Shown: positions 1 to 9,955, counted from the stretch's first letter. The stretch is 64,000 nt of DNA from Myxococcales bacterium (GCA_029861865.1 JAOTYL010000016.1:15633-79632), one strand, 5' to 3'. The notes: a model not told the origin generated them from the sequence alone. Translations and numbers: made by a program.

Positions 1-260
1 CGCTGAGCCATCGCCTGATCTGCACAGGCGCACCTGCCAACGGCAACCCTCTGCCTCGCGCGCAGTTGATAACGGTCCCCTACGAGCTTTAGAGCGGATG
101 GCTCGGCATAGCCATGGGTTCGGAGCCAGCTCAAGTCACGAACGGCGTGCCGAAGTGTCGCGTGCATTTCCTCAGAGAACAGGGCTGCGTCTTGCGGGTG
201 GGGACCGCGATGGCGTCGAGTGTCCGGCACCCGCCTAGCTTGGTCGTGTCCCAGTGGTCA

Positions 261-273
261 CGCAAAACCTGCG
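261..273. promoter_or_regulatory. CGCA-N5-TGCG box, putative enhancer for the NtrC-family regulator
   Basis: cgca-aaacc-tgcg, with a weaker partner half-site at 290; about 75-85 bp upstream of the sigma-54 promoter at 346. Confidence 0.6.
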
Positions 274-345
274 CAATCCGCCTTCGCCTCGCAACCATTT
301 CCGCAACCATGACCCATCCATGCGTTGTTGGGCGGGTTTCGTCGA

Positions 346-361
346 TGGCACAACCCTTGCT
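346..361 (+). promoter_or_regulatory. sigma-54 -24/-12 promoter
   Basis: TGGCACAACCCTTGCT matches TGGCAC-N5-TTGC, 20 bp before ATG 381. Confidence 0.8.
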
Positions 362-380
362 GCGATTGGTTCAAGTCTTG

Positions 381-887
381 ATGAAACAAGTGATGTCGAC
401 CATCCTCACCGTAACTGACCTCACAACCGCGAGTTACAAATTGGTGGGATTCGCCGCTCTCGTGGCCGGGGCTCCCGACGGTGAGGTAATTTTGGTCTCG
501 ACCTATGGAGGGGGAGGGGGTCGGCGGACACAGCCTCCCTCCGATCGCCCGAGCGGGGGTGGATGGAAGCGGCACGTCGAAGCTCGGCTACGTCGCGAGG
601 GACAGCTCCTCGAGCGTCAACGCCAGTGGTGTGCGGACCAGGGTGTTCTGTGCCGTGCCGAGCTCTACGAAGATGGGCTTTGGCCAGAATTCGTGGTTCA
701 GAGCGCAGAGCGTTGTCGCGCGGATCTGATCATGGTTGGGGTCCCGCTGCTCACCGAGACCACTGAGATACCGCCCGGCGAGATCCGGATTCTCACCCAA
801 GACGCCCCCTGTCCGGTGAGCCTGGTTCGCCTACCCCAGCGGACGCCCTTCTCAACGGGCACCTTTGCCGTCACTGCGGGCGCTTGA
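381..887 (+). CDS. universal stress protein (USP)-like protein
   Basis: USP-type N-terminus (STILTVTDLT), ADLIMVG and C-terminal APCPVSLV; start moved downstream of the sigma-54 promoter (ATG 381 or 393). Confidence 0.7.
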   Translation: MKQVMSTILTVTDLTTASYKLVGFAALVAGAPDGEVILVSTYGGGGGRRTQPPSDRPSGGGWKRHVEARLRREGQLLERQRQWCADQGVLCRAELYEDGLWPEFVVQSAERCRADLIMVGVPLLTETTEIPPGEIRILTQDAPCPVSLVRLPQRTPFSTGTFAVTAGA

Positions 888-919
888 CACGAAGGGCGTA
901 GTTTTCTAGCCCAAACCCA

Positions 920-2110
920 GTGACGGATGTCTCCATACTTTGGCACCTACGCGGCTATGTAGGCTTCGATGCCGAGTCTGCTCAAACGCTCCAGAGCTTG
1001 GGCCCAATGCTCCGTCCTCATTTCGCACGGATTGTTCAAGAGTTCTACGATGCCGTCCTCGCCGACCCTGGGGCAAAAGCCGTTTTGCGGGACGAAGCTC
1101 AGGTCGCCCGGCTGCGGGTGTCTTTGCACGATTGGCTCGATCGGTTGGTGACCGGACCCTACGACGAGGCGTACTTTGAAAAACGGGCGCGGATCGGCCG
1201 GATGCATGTCAAGGTCGGCCTCGACCAGCGTTACATGCTGGCGGCGATGAACTTGATTCGGACCGGGTTGCATCGGGCTGTCTCCGAAACGTCCGGGGGT
1301 ACTCGAGCCTTCTTCGAACGGCACCAAGCCATCGATCAGATCTGCGATATCGAGCTCGCGATCATGCTCGAGACGTATCGCGAAGACTACATCCTCAAGA
1401 AGACCGCCGAGGTCGAGTCGTTGGCGGTCATGGGCAGGTTGACTGCGGGTTTGGCTCACGAAATTCGCAACCCACTCAATGCCGCAATGCTTCAACTCAA
1501 TGTACTTGAACGCAACGCCAAGAGTGTCGGTGATGCTACGACTCGACGCAGAATCGAGCGACGTACCAACATCGTCCAAGACGAGCTCAAGCGTCTGTCC
1601 ATGCTGCTCGATGACTTCCTCAATCTAGCGAGAGCGCGGCGTTTTGAGCCGGTCCACTGTGATGCGAGCGAGCTCGTGAAAGAAGTGATCGAGCTTCGCG
1701 GTCCGGAGATCCAATCCCAGGGCATCGACATTACTTCGGATATCGACCGGAGTCCGGGCCTCCTCTTCGCGGAGCCTGACCGGCTCAAACAGGTCGTGAA
1801 CAACTTGATCACCAACGCGGTCGAAGCCGTGATCGATTGCGAGTCACCCACGATTCGTGTGACGAGCCGTCGGTTGGATCGCGACCGTTGGGAGGTTGCA
1901 GTCATCGACAACGGCCCTGGCGTCGCGTTAGAGATCGCCGATAGCGCCTTCGAATCGTTTGTGACCACCAAAGAGGCGGGCACCGGCTTGGGCCTCGCGA
2001 TCGTGAAGCGCATCGTCGAGCTCCACGGGGGCGCTTCCCAGCTCACGCGAGCGTCCGGAGGCGGCACCCAAGCTTCCTTCTGGATTCCGTTGCGGCGGCG
2101 GTCGCGTTAG
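920..2110 (+). CDS. protoglobin (globin-coupled) sensor histidine kinase, NmpU-like
   Basis: N-terminal protoglobin (FYDAVL, RIGRMHVKVGLDQRYM), H-box AHEIRNPL, N-box NLITNA, DNGPG and GTGLGL. Confidence 0.9.
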   Translation: MTDVSILWHLRGYVGFDAESAQTLQSLGPMLRPHFARIVQEFYDAVLADPGAKAVLRDEAQVARLRVSLHDWLDRLVTGPYDEAYFEKRARIGRMHVKVGLDQRYMLAAMNLIRTGLHRAVSETSGGTRAFFERHQAIDQICDIELAIMLETYREDYILKKTAEVESLAVMGRLTAGLAHEIRNPLNAAMLQLNVLERNAKSVGDATTRRRIERRTNIVQDELKRLSMLLDDFLNLARARRFEPVHCDASELVKEVIELRGPEIQSQGIDITSDIDRSPGLLFAEPDRLKQVVNNLITNAVEAVIDCESPTIRVTSRRLDRDRWEVAVIDNGPGVALEIADSAFESFVTTKEAGTGLGLAIVKRIVELHGGASQLTRASGGGTQASFWIPLRRRSR

Positions 2111-3555
2111 TCGCCATCGGCTCGAGTCGGTGGTTGATAGCCCCACTCCTTGACGCGGTATTGGATCTTACGCTGACTGATCCCGAGAATTTCGGCCGCG
2201 CGAGATGTCGAGCCATCGACCGCATCCAAGGTCCGGAGGATCGCCATCCGCTCGAGCTCCGACATCGTGATACCGGGAATCAAGGCCAGCACCGAGCCGT
2301 TGTCCAACGTCGCGTGTGCCGAAGTCGGTAGGTCGTCGATGTCGATCAGTTCTCCCTCGCACATCACGACGGCGCGCTCGATCGCGTTTTCGAGCTCTCG
2401 CACATTTCCCGGCCATGGATAGATCATGAGGTGTTGAAGCGCACGCTGCGTGAACCCGTTCACCTCACGTTCGTTTTCTCGCGCGTACTTCCGAACGAAT
2501 GTTTGGGCGAGTAGGGGAATGTCGCTTCGTCGAACGCGTAGCGGCGGCACGTCCAATTGGACGACCTTCAACCGGTAGTAGAGGTCCTCCCGGAAACGGC
2601 CCTCTTCGACGCCTTGCTTGAGATCGCGGTTGGTCGCTGCGACGACCCGAACGTCTACCTTGAGGGTCTCGTTGCCTCCAACTCGCTCGAACTCTCGTTC
2701 TTGGAGAAATCGAAGCAGCTTGATTTGCACACCTGCGGGAATCTCGCTGACTTCGTCGAGAAAGAGGGTGCCGCCATCGGCTTGGGTGAACCGTCCGTCG
2801 CGGCGGCCTACCGCACCGGTGAACGAGCCACGCTCGTGACCGAACAGCTCGGATTCGAGAAGGGTCTCACTCAACGATGCGCAGTTCAAACGGACGAAAG
2901 GCTTGTCCTTACGTTGCGAGTTTTGGTGGATCGCGGAGGCAATGAGCTCCTTGCCGGTGCCGGTTTCACCATGGATGAGGACCGTTGCTCGGCTGCGCGC
3001 TACCTGAGCGACATTCTTCATGAGCCGCTGCATCGATGGATGCTCGCCTAGAATGCTGTCGAACTGGAATAGCTCGTCGACTCTCTCTCGAAGCTGCGCC
3101 GCCTCGCGGGAGAGACGCGCCCTCTCGAGACCGCGCCCGACGATCGCCGTGACCGCACTGAGCTCGAGAGGCTTGGTCAGATAGCTGTCCGCGCCGAGCT
3201 TGATCGCCTTGACCGCGGTATCGATGGTGGCAAAGGCGGTCATCACAATGAATGTCGCGTGGGGCGCGAGCGGGCGACCGTGCTCGATCAGCGCAAGACC
3301 GTCCATGCCTGGCATCTTCAGATCGGTCAGCACGACATCGGGATCGAACTGTTCGAGCTGAACGAGCCCAGTCCGGCCGTCCGCTGCCGTGCTCACCATG
3401 TAGCCGGCGTCTTCGAGCAACTCCGCGAGAGCGGTTCGGGCGTTCGCCTCGTCGTCGATCACCAATATGCGCCCAGTCGAATCTGCCACAGTCAGTCTAT
3501 GGTCTGGCAGACGCTGGCCCGTGGGCAACTCGGATGCGATGTTTGCGCTTGTCAT
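2107..3555 (-). CDS. sigma-54-dependent NtrC-family response regulator, NmpR-like
   Basis: Receiver domain (VIDDE, DLKMP), AAA+ [30 protein letters not shown]-terminal HTH; AGGAG before ATG 3555. Confidence 0.92.
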   Translation of the reverse strand: MTSANIASELPTGQRLPDHRLTVADSTGRILVIDDEANARTALAELLEDAGYMVSTAADGRTGLVQLEQFDPDVVLTDLKMPGMDGLALIEHGRPLAPHATFIVMTAFATIDTAVKAIKLGADSYLTKPLELSAVTAIVGRGLERARLSREAAQLRERVDELFQFDSILGEHPSMQRLMKNVAQVARSRATVLIHGETGTGKELIASAIHQNSQRKDKPFVRLNCASLSETLLESELFGHERGSFTGAVGRRDGRFTQADGGTLFLDEVSEIPAGVQIKLLRFLQEREFERVGGNETLKVDVRVVAATNRDLKQGVEEGRFREDLYYRLKVVQLDVPPLRVRRSDIPLLAQTFVRKYARENEREVNGFTQRALQHLMIYPWPGNVRELENAIERAVVMCEGELIDIDDLPTSAHATLDNGSVLALIPGITMSELERMAILRTLDAVDGSTSRAAEILGISQRKIQYRVKEWGYQPPTRADGD

Positions 3556-3568
3556 GCTTCTCCTACCA

Positions 3569-3584
3569 TGCAGGCTACGTGCCA
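3569..3584 (-). promoter_or_regulatory. sigma-54 promoter of the regulator gene (possible autoregulation)
   Basis: Minus strand TGGCACGTAGCCTGCA; CGCA-N5-TGCG box at 3656-3668. Confidence 0.65.
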
Positions 3585-3659
3585 AGGGATTCGGCGGTCG
3601 CCCCAGTTTTTCTTAGCTTTCAGACCTGGTGCGCGGCGCGGACATGAAAAAGATGCGCA

Positions 3660-5105
3660 TCAGGTGCGCGCCGAGGGCTCTTGGCCATCGGCGGCGCTCC
3701 GAGCTTCTAGGGTCCGCGCCTTGGCGAGCGTCTTGAGCTCATCGAACGAGGCCTCCAGATCCTCGACGAACTCGTGGACATCAGGGAAAGACTCCCAGTC
3801 CGCGTTGAACCCCCAGTAAAGCCCACCGCAGTAGCTGAACAGCGCGATCCCCAGGTTTTGGTTCTGCATCAATGGGACCATGGGGTAGATCGCTTTGAGT
3901 GGCGCTCCGAGCATATACAGCGGAAAAGGTGGCCCCGGCACATTCGTGATGATCAAATTGTAAGTACGGATCCGCATCGCCGTTTTGAACAACTCCGATA
4001 CGATTCGCTTGGTCGTGAGGTCGGCGACCTCTTCGATGAGCTCCGCCCCTCCCGTTTGATTCGATTCGTGCTTCAGCGCGGTGGTGACACGGACCACTTT
4101 CTCGAGCCGACGAAGTGGATCGGGCTCGGACACGGGCAGATCGGCGAGGAGCATCGCAACATGGTTTCCGCCCGACAGGCCCCCCGCTTTTCGAATGTTG
4201 ACCGGAAGCACGCTTCGGAAGCGCTCGATGCCGTCGACATCCGTCTTTCGCCGCTGAAGAAACCGACGCACCGCGCCGGTCGTAGCGGTGACCACCACGT
4301 CGTTGATGGTGCCGCCTAGTGCTTTCTTGATCGATTTGACGTCGGCGAGATCGAAGCTCGTCCAGTCAAAGCGCCGGTAGGGGCTGATGTCCTGCTCGGT
4401 AAAAGGGGTGCGCGGGGTGGGCTTGAGCCCGGAACGAAGCACGCTTTCGAGGCCTCTCAGATTCTCCCGAACGCGCGGCGCGTAACCCGCGAGCTTGCGC
4501 ATACCATCGATGCGGTGCCTCACCTCGTCGCGCAGGAGCGCAACTCGGCTTGGAGCCGGGCGCGCCTGCCAACCTGCGGGCTCGCGAACGGTGGCATCGG
4601 GAGTGGGCTGGAGGAGCGCTTGGAGCAGCTGCACCCCCGCGACGCCGTCCACCATGCAATGGTGTGTCTTCACGATGAGGGCGAACATTTCGTTTTCGAC
4701 GCCCTCGACAGCCCAGAACTCCCAAAGTGGCCGGCTTCGGTCCAGATGTTGGGAAAAGAGGCGCCCGACCAATCGCTTGAGGGTGCGCTCATCTCCTGGG
4801 AGCGGCAGGCGAGTGTGGCGCAAGTGAAACCGCATGTTGAAGCGGTCGTCGTCGATCCAAACCGGGTGCTCGAGCCCCGGGACCCATTCCAGGCGCTGCC
4901 GGTAGCGCGGAATGCTGTCGAGGGCGGCCTCGGTGTATAGGGTCAGGCGCTCGAAATCGAGTCCGCCATGCTCGAGCTGCAGCGGCTTGGCATCGAACAG
5001 AAGGGCAGCCCCCACGTGCATGGGCGCGGCTCTACTCTCGATATCGAGAAAGGTAGCGTCGAGCGCACTCAAGCGCTCAAAAAATGGCGTTCGCTTGGCT
5101 GTCAC
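3660..5105 (-). CDS. wax ester/triacylglycerol synthase (WS/DGAT) acyltransferase
   Basis: ERLSALDATFL, PMHVG, catalytic HHCMVDG, TINDVV, ITNVPGP; GTG start at 5105. Confidence 0.92.
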   Translation of the reverse strand: MTAKRTPFFERLSALDATFLDIESRAAPMHVGAALLFDAKPLQLEHGGLDFERLTLYTEAALDSIPRYRQRLEWVPGLEHPVWIDDDRFNMRFHLRHTRLPLPGDERTLKRLVGRLFSQHLDRSRPLWEFWAVEGVENEMFALIVKTHHCMVDGVAGVQLLQALLQPTPDATVREPAGWQARPAPSRVALLRDEVRHRIDGMRKLAGYAPRVRENLRGLESVLRSGLKPTPRTPFTEQDISPYRRFDWTSFDLADVKSIKKALGGTINDVVVTATTGAVRRFLQRRKTDVDGIERFRSVLPVNIRKAGGLSGGNHVAMLLADLPVSEPDPLRRLEKVVRVTTALKHESNQTGGAELIEEVADLTTKRIVSELFKTAMRIRTYNLIITNVPGPPFPLYMLGAPLKAIYPMVPLMQNQNLGIALFSYCGGLYWGFNADWESFPDVHEFVEDLEASFDELKTLAKARTLEARSAADGQEPSART

Positions 5106-5118
5106 GCATGGTTTTCGT

Positions 5119-5251
5119 AGCAAGATGCGCGCCCGCCCCGATGGCAGTATTGTCCGGTTTGCCCCAAGCCCGCTGGCGCACAATATGCGTCAAGTCGCGG
5201 GGTTAACGAAGAGAATGCATAATCGCTGGAAAACCCTGGCATGGAACGTGC
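5119..5251. promoter_or_regulatory. divergent sigma-54 promoters sharing CGCA-N5-TGCG boxes
   Basis: Minus GGGCGCGCATCTTGCT (5119-5134, weaker); plus TGGCATGGAACGTGC (5237-5251); boxes at 5177-5189 and degenerate 5207-5219. Confidence 0.6.
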
Positions 5252-5290
5252 CTTGTCTCATAGGCGTAGAGTAGAGGAGGTGAGCAACCC

Positions 5291-5722
5291 ATGACCCAGC
5301 TCTTGGTCCGGGATTTGATGAGCGAGCCGGTGAAGACAGTGGGGCCGACGCGCCCGCTTCGGGAAGTGATTCGGTTGATGGAAGAGGGCCACATCCGGCA
5401 CGTCCCGGTCGTCGACGAAAATCACCGACTGCTCGGGATCGTGTCACATCGAGATGTGCTGCGAAGTCAGGAAGGCTCGTTGTCGGGCGCGCCAACCGTC
5501 GAGCAGTCCCACATGAACCGGTGGATCGAGGCTCGCTGGCTGATGACAAAGGAAGTCCGGACAGTCAATCCCGATACATCGGCCCTCGAAGCGGCATTGA
5601 CTATGCGTTCCCACGGGTATGGCTGTGTTCCGGTAGTCGAGCGTGGGGTCCTGGTCGGGATGGTCACCGAGGCGGATTTCGTCGAGTACGCGATCCAGTC
5701 GCTTTCGGACCCTGGCGCCTAA
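5291..5722 (+). CDS. CBS-pair domain protein
   Basis: VRDLMS, HIRHVPVVD, LLGIVSHRD, GCVPVVE, GMVTEAD; GAGGAGG RBS. Confidence 0.9.
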   Translation: MTQLLVRDLMSEPVKTVGPTRPLREVIRLMEEGHIRHVPVVDENHRLLGIVSHRDVLRSQEGSLSGAPTVEQSHMNRWIEARWLMTKEVRTVNPDTSALEAALTMRSHGYGCVPVVERGVLVGMVTEADFVEYAIQSLSDPGA

Positions 5723-5741
5723 GCGATGCAGATCCGGGGTC

Positions 5742-5757
5742 TGGCACGGGGTTTGCT
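5742..5757 (+). promoter_or_regulatory. sigma-54 -24/-12 promoter
   Basis: TGGCACGGGGTTTGCT upstream of ATG 5771. Confidence 0.7.
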
Positions 5758-5770
5758 GCGAATTTGAGCC

Positions 5771-6679
5771 ATGGCGATCAGAACGGCGATTAAGACGATT
5801 GTGGTGGGCACCGACCTCGGCGAGTCAGGCCGACGCGCCCTACAACTGGCGGTTCCGACGGCATTAGCCACCGAGGCAACGCTTTGGCTGGTGCACGCCA
5901 ACGAAATCGGTTTGGACCATGCGTGGCCGGATCTTCCTTTCGGCGCGAGGTCCGCCGCCCACGCGCTTCGAGAGCGTTTCAAAGGTCGGTTCGAAAACTG
6001 CATGCAGATGTTAGAGGACGAGCGTCGTCGCTGTGAGGAAGCAGGCGTTGCTTGTCACACCTCGTGCGAGGAAGGGCAGCCGTGGGAAACGATCCTTCGT
6101 ACTGCGGTGGCGGTGAACGCCGATCTGATCGCAGTGGGTGACCCCGCCGGCGCCGTGGGTCTGCCTGAGCGGCTTCTCGGCACTACCGCTGAGCGGGTCG
6201 TCCGACAGGCGCCGTGCTCGGTCGTCGTCGCATGCGGCCGCGTTCAAAAGAGCTACCAGGGCGCGCGAATCGCCGTCGGTGTGGATTTCTCGGTACACGG
6301 CATCGAAGCGGTTCGTTGGGCCCGAGATGTTGCGGCAGCTGTCGAGGGCGAGGTGGTGCTTCTTCACGTGGTTCCGCATCCGATCATGGAAAGCGTCCTA
6401 CCGCGCGAGTGGCCAAGCGTTCTCGAGGGGCTTGCTTCGGCTGCGCGGTCGCGACTCGAGCAGCTTATCGTGAGCGAAGGCTTGCACCCCGACACCAAGG
6501 TGCAGGTGCTCGATGGGTCGATCGGAAAGAAGGTGTGCAATGCAGCCGCCGATCACCAGGCGGATCTGTTGTTCGTGGGGTCGCGTGGTCAGGGAAGGCT
6601 CCGGGGTATGATGTTGGGCAGCACGCCTCAATACTGTCTCCGCTATTCTCCCGTCCCAGTGCTGGCAGTCCGGCCGTAA
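5771..6679 (+). CDS. tandem-domain universal stress protein
   Basis: Two USP domains (IVVGTD...LGTTAERVVRQAPCSV; IAVGVDFS...GSRG...LGST...PVPVLAV). Confidence 0.92.
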   Translation: MAIRTAIKTIVVGTDLGESGRRALQLAVPTALATEATLWLVHANEIGLDHAWPDLPFGARSAAHALRERFKGRFENCMQMLEDERRRCEEAGVACHTSCEEGQPWETILRTAVAVNADLIAVGDPAGAVGLPERLLGTTAERVVRQAPCSVVVACGRVQKSYQGARIAVGVDFSVHGIEAVRWARDVAAAVEGEVVLLHVVPHPIMESVLPREWPSVLEGLASAARSRLEQLIVSEGLHPDTKVQVLDGSIGKKVCNAAADHQADLLFVGSRGQGRLRGMMLGSTPQYCLRYSPVPVLAVRP

Positions 6680-6686
6680 CCCGATC

Positions 6687-8225
6687 TCAGGAAAAGAGCT
6701 GCTCGATACGCCTCTGAGTTTCGAGGGGGGTTCGAGACGTGTCGAGACGCTCGTGCTCGGCTCCGGGGAGCTCGACTACAGGCTCGTATTTCTTCGCGAA
6801 CTCATCGAATAGGGCAGAGCGCGCATCGCTTTCGTGCGGTCCACCACGTTCGCGTTGCTTCAAGCGGGCGAGGCAAACTTGGCGCGGGGAAACGCACTCC
6901 ACGAACGTGAATGGAACACCACGCTGTGACGCGAGTTCGTGAATCGACTGCCGCATGGCGCGCGTTCGAAACGACGCGTCGACGACGACGGGACGCCCCG
7001 AGTCGACGACGACTCCAGCCCGGCGTAGGAGCTCATCATACACTTCGTGGGTGGACTTTTCCGAATAAGGCCCCGACCAGACGTCGCTCTTCATCGTTTC
7101 GGTAGGGCTCGTGCCCCTCAGGCGCTTTCGCGTTCGATCGGAGCTGATGACCGGCGCCGCCAAAAGCTCTCCGATCGCGTCCGCCGCGGTGCTCTTGCCG
7201 CTCGCGATCATCCCGCCGACGGCGACTACTCGCGGGCTCACGAGCGGAGGTCTTTCGAAGGCTAGCGACAACACGAAGTAGCGCCGGGCCTCCCGCCCTG
7301 CGCGGTCTCGCGCCTTTAGAGAGGCTTCTGCGTCCGCGGCAAAGATCGCCGAGACCTTTCCACGGACGAAGGCTCGATAGCTCTCATAGAAATTGACCAC
7401 CGAGTAAAGATCGTAGTCATCGGACTGCCGCGCGTAACCGGCAAGAAGCCTTTCCGCGAGGTCGACGTGCCCGTGCCAGGCGAAGTCCATCGAAAGAAAC
7501 GCGATGTCTGCGCAGACATCGGCGTAACGAAAGCGTTCGTTGAACTCGATGCAGTCGATGATCGCAATAGAGTCGTCACCTCCGAAGTACACGTGTTCGA
7601 GCCGCAGGTCGCCGTGCCCGTCCCGAACACGGCCTGCGGCCACGCGCGCTGCAAAGCGGGCTTCGTCCTCCAGGGTGGCGAGCTGCCAAGCCTCCACTTC
7701 ACGGGCCTCGTCCGCACTGAGGTATTCGTGAATCACTCCGCGCGTCTGTTCGAAATTTTCACGAACGTTGCGACGGATCACCTCTACCTGTCCGTACCGC
7801 GAAGTCTCTGCGTCACAGCGAGCGCCTGCATGGAAAGTGACGATATGCGAAGCGAGCCGGTCCACGTCTTTTGGCTGGAGCTCACCCGCTTGAAGCAATA
7901 CATCGGCCCGCTGGTCGTCAGGGAGTCGTCTCATGTGAACGGCCCAATCGACTATTTCGCCGTCTCCGGACAAGCGGTGGACCCCGGATGCACTTCGCGT
8001 AACCGGTACGACGCCCAGATAGACATCGGTCGCCAGTCTCGCGTTGAGTTGAACTTCCGCGTGACACGCATGGCGTCGCTTTTCGATCGTCGTGAAGTCG
8101 AGAAAGCCGAGGTTCACGGGGCGCTTGATCTTGAAGACCTCAGTATCGCCCAAGAACACCCACGAAATGTGAGTTTCGATCAACTCGAGGCCGGTGGCTT
8201 CGAGGTCGGCTTTCAGCTTTTCCAT
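6687..8225 (-). CDS. aminoglycoside-phosphotransferase-like kinase fused to a P-loop kinase (Rv2004c-like)
   Basis: IETHISWVFL, RDGHGDLRLEHV, DCIEFNERFRYAD, C-terminal GGMIASGKST. Confidence 0.88.
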   Translation of the reverse strand: MEKLKADLEATGLELIETHISWVFLGDTEVFKIKRPVNLGFLDFTTIEKRRHACHAEVQLNARLATDVYLGVVPVTRSASGVHRLSGDGEIVDWAVHMRRLPDDQRADVLLQAGELQPKDVDRLASHIVTFHAGARCDAETSRYGQVEVIRRNVRENFEQTRGVIHEYLSADEAREVEAWQLATLEDEARFAARVAAGRVRDGHGDLRLEHVYFGGDDSIAIIDCIEFNERFRYADVCADIAFLSMDFAWHGHVDLAERLLAGYARQSDDYDLYSVVNFYESYRAFVRGKVSAIFAADAEASLKARDRAGREARRYFVLSLAFERPPLVSPRVVAVGGMIASGKSTAADAIGELLAAPVISSDRTRKRLRGTSPTETMKSDVWSGPYSEKSTHEVYDELLRRAGVVVDSGRPVVVDASFRTRAMRQSIHELASQRGVPFTFVECVSPRQVCLARLKQRERGGPHESDARSALFDEFAKKYEPVVELPGAEHERLDTSRTPLETQRRIEQLFS

Positions 8226-8281
8226 GGCGTCCGTATGCTGGACGACACCATACCAGTCGAACGCAAATCACGTCGACGCGA

Positions 8282-8399
8282 CGCATTTCTCGCGCAGCTC
8301 GTACTGTCGACGCAGCGCTTGCGCTACGATCATCCCCGCGACCTCCAAGGACGGGTTCCTGTGGCGCGAAGGCCGACTTCAATGGGCACGGCCTTTGCT
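8282..8399 (+). promoter_or_regulatory. paired CGCA-N5-TGCG boxes plus sigma-54 promoter
   Basis: Boxes at 8282-8294 (1 mismatch) and 8311-8323; GGGCACGGCCTTTGCT at 8384-8399. Confidence 0.75.
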
Positions 8400-8422
8400 T
8401 AGGTAGGATCGAAGGGTTCGAC

Positions 8423-8872
8423 ATGGCAACGACATGGGTATTGGTTGCACACGGGGCAGGTGCTCGTGTGTTTGAGAATTTGGGGCCCGGGAAGGGGTTA
8501 CGGCTGTTGGAGGGGATCGACCACCCAGAAGGGCGCCTCCAGGACGGTGATTTCGACGCAGATCGGCCTGGGCGATCGTTTCGGCGGGATGCGGGGGACG
8601 CTCGGCGGGCCGCCATGAGCCGTTCCGAGGGGCCTCACGAGCGCGCGGTTTCCGATTTTGCGCGGGAATTGGCCAGCAGGTTGCGGCAGGCTCGCACCAC
8701 GGGTCAGTACGACCGTCTGGTGCTCGTCGCTCCTCCAAAGTTCCTGGGGCTGCTGCGGTCTTCACTCGATGCGCCGACTGAGCGGTGCGTCGTCGGAACG
8801 CTCGACAAGGATCTCGCTGCGAGCGACGAAGAAGAGCTCACCAGGCAGCTTGGTGAGGTGCTCGCGGTCTGA
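8423..8872 (+). CDS. host attachment protein (AtsE/baeRF-like)
   Basis: TWVLVAHGAGARVF, DRPGR, LVLVAPPKFLGLLR, KDL signature. Confidence 0.85.
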   Translation: MATTWVLVAHGAGARVFENLGPGKGLRLLEGIDHPEGRLQDGDFDADRPGRSFRRDAGDARRAAMSRSEGPHERAVSDFARELASRLRQARTTGQYDRLVLVAPPKFLGLLRSSLDAPTERCVVGTLDKDLAASDEEELTRQLGEVLAV

Positions 8873-8915
8873 TTTTCAATCGTCTGCGAACAAATGACAT
8901 AGGTGAGGTAAAGAG

Positions 8916-9680
8916 ATGGCCAACTTCGAAATGCCCGTAACCGAGTACATGAGCAGCCCCGTGGAGACAATTCGCATCGGCGAAAGCTTGATCGCAGCCA
9001 ATGAGTCGTTCTCGAAACAAGGGGTATCCGCCCTCGGCGTCGTCAACGATGAAGGGAAGCTCAAGGGTGTCGTTTCGCGAACCGACATCTTGCATGCAGC
9101 CGTTTTCACCGAGGGACAGACGTTCCGAGTGCCAGACCGGCCCGTCGAGGAAATCATGCAATCGCCGGCGATCCAGCTGACTCCCGACGATCCGCTCTCG
9201 GCCGCCGCCAAGGCAATGCTCAAACATCGTGTCCATAGAGTGTTCGTCACGCGCTCGGGGAAGCTGGAGGGCGTGGTGTCGACTCGTGACCTGATGCGTG
9301 CGGTTCGTGAGAAGCGCATCAAGACACCGATCGCCGAGATCGCGTCAAGCTCCGTGGTCAAAGTGAAGGCCGAGGACCCGATTGCACTGGCCGTCGACCG
9401 CCTCGATCTATCGAACAAGCACGGCCTCGTGGTGGTTGAGGGCGACTTCCCGGTGGGTATTTTCGATCAGGTGTGCGCGTTGGAGTCGCGCCGCCTGCCC
9501 CCACAGACCGCCGTCGAGCACGCCATGAACGTCCGCATTCTAATTCTACCTGCCGGCATCGGAATGGGTCGAGCCGCGGCGCAGGCCCTTGGGATGAACG
9601 TGCGCCGAATCCTGATCGAAAACCAACGGGGAGTGACTGGGATCGTAGGTGGATTAGACTTCGCAAGAGTCATGACGTAG
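8916..9680 (+). CDS. CBS domain protein (multiple CBS repeats)
   Basis: VTEYMSSPV, LKGVVSRTD, VHRVFV, GVVSTRD. Confidence 0.85.
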   Translation: MANFEMPVTEYMSSPVETIRIGESLIAANESFSKQGVSALGVVNDEGKLKGVVSRTDILHAAVFTEGQTFRVPDRPVEEIMQSPAIQLTPDDPLSAAAKAMLKHRVHRVFVTRSGKLEGVVSTRDLMRAVREKRIKTPIAEIASSSVVKVKAEDPIALAVDRLDLSNKHGLVVVEGDFPVGIFDQVCALESRRLPPQTAVEHAMNVRILILPAGIGMGRAAAQALGMNVRRILIENQRGVTGIVGGLDFARVMT

Positions 9681-9689
9681 CTGGCTCTG

Positions 9690-9751
9690 CGTCGACCGGT
9701 AACTCGGACCCCGGCGCGGGACGGGCGTGCTCGCAATGGGGCCCCTCGGAA
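9690..9751 (+). repeat. conserved leader preceding a hexamer array (copy 1)
   Basis: cgtcgaccggt-aa-ctcgg...cggcgc-gggacgggcg-tg-ctcg...gaa(cagtg); aligns with 31208-31258. Confidence 0.65.
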
Positions 9752-9859
9752 CAGTGTCAGTGCCAGTGACAGTGCCAGCGACAGTGTCAGCGACAGTGCC
9801 AGTGTCAGCGGCAGTGCCAGCGCCAGTGTCCGTGATGCTGTCAGCACCAGTGCCAGTGT
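9752..9859 (+). repeat. CAGYGN hexamer tandem array (about 18 units)
   Basis: cagtgt/cagtgc/cagtga/cagcga units in strict 6-bp register, three degenerate. Confidence 0.9.
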
Positions 9860-9877
9860 GATCTATCTTGGATCATC

Positions 9878-9955
9878 GTGATTTCCTTTCCGAGGGCCTT
9901 GGACCCCGGGCTTCGCCCTTCTGCGAGGGCCCAAGGCCCTCGGAAAGGAAATCAC
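9878..9955 (+). promoter_or_regulatory. 25-bp perfect inverted repeat whose 3' arm contains the RBS of the downstream gene
   Basis: gtgatttcctttccgagggccttgg (9878-9902) pairs with ccaaggccctcggaaaggaaatcac (9931-9955); inner gggc-ttc-gccc mini-hairpin; ATG at 9958. Confidence 0.85.

Noticed and set aside
114-380. N-terminal extensions in the ORF track (also 9868, 10688, 16424, 18058, 22555, 24144, 31024, 36777, 45779, 59428, 62962 starts)
   Set aside because: They run through promoters, hairpins or neighbouring genes; downstream starts fit the RBS and domain boundaries better.
8226-8260. Sigma-54 promoter for the Rv2004c-like kinase gene
   Set aside because: Candidate GG and GC dinucleotides do not have the required 10-nt spacing, so its regulon membership is unproven.
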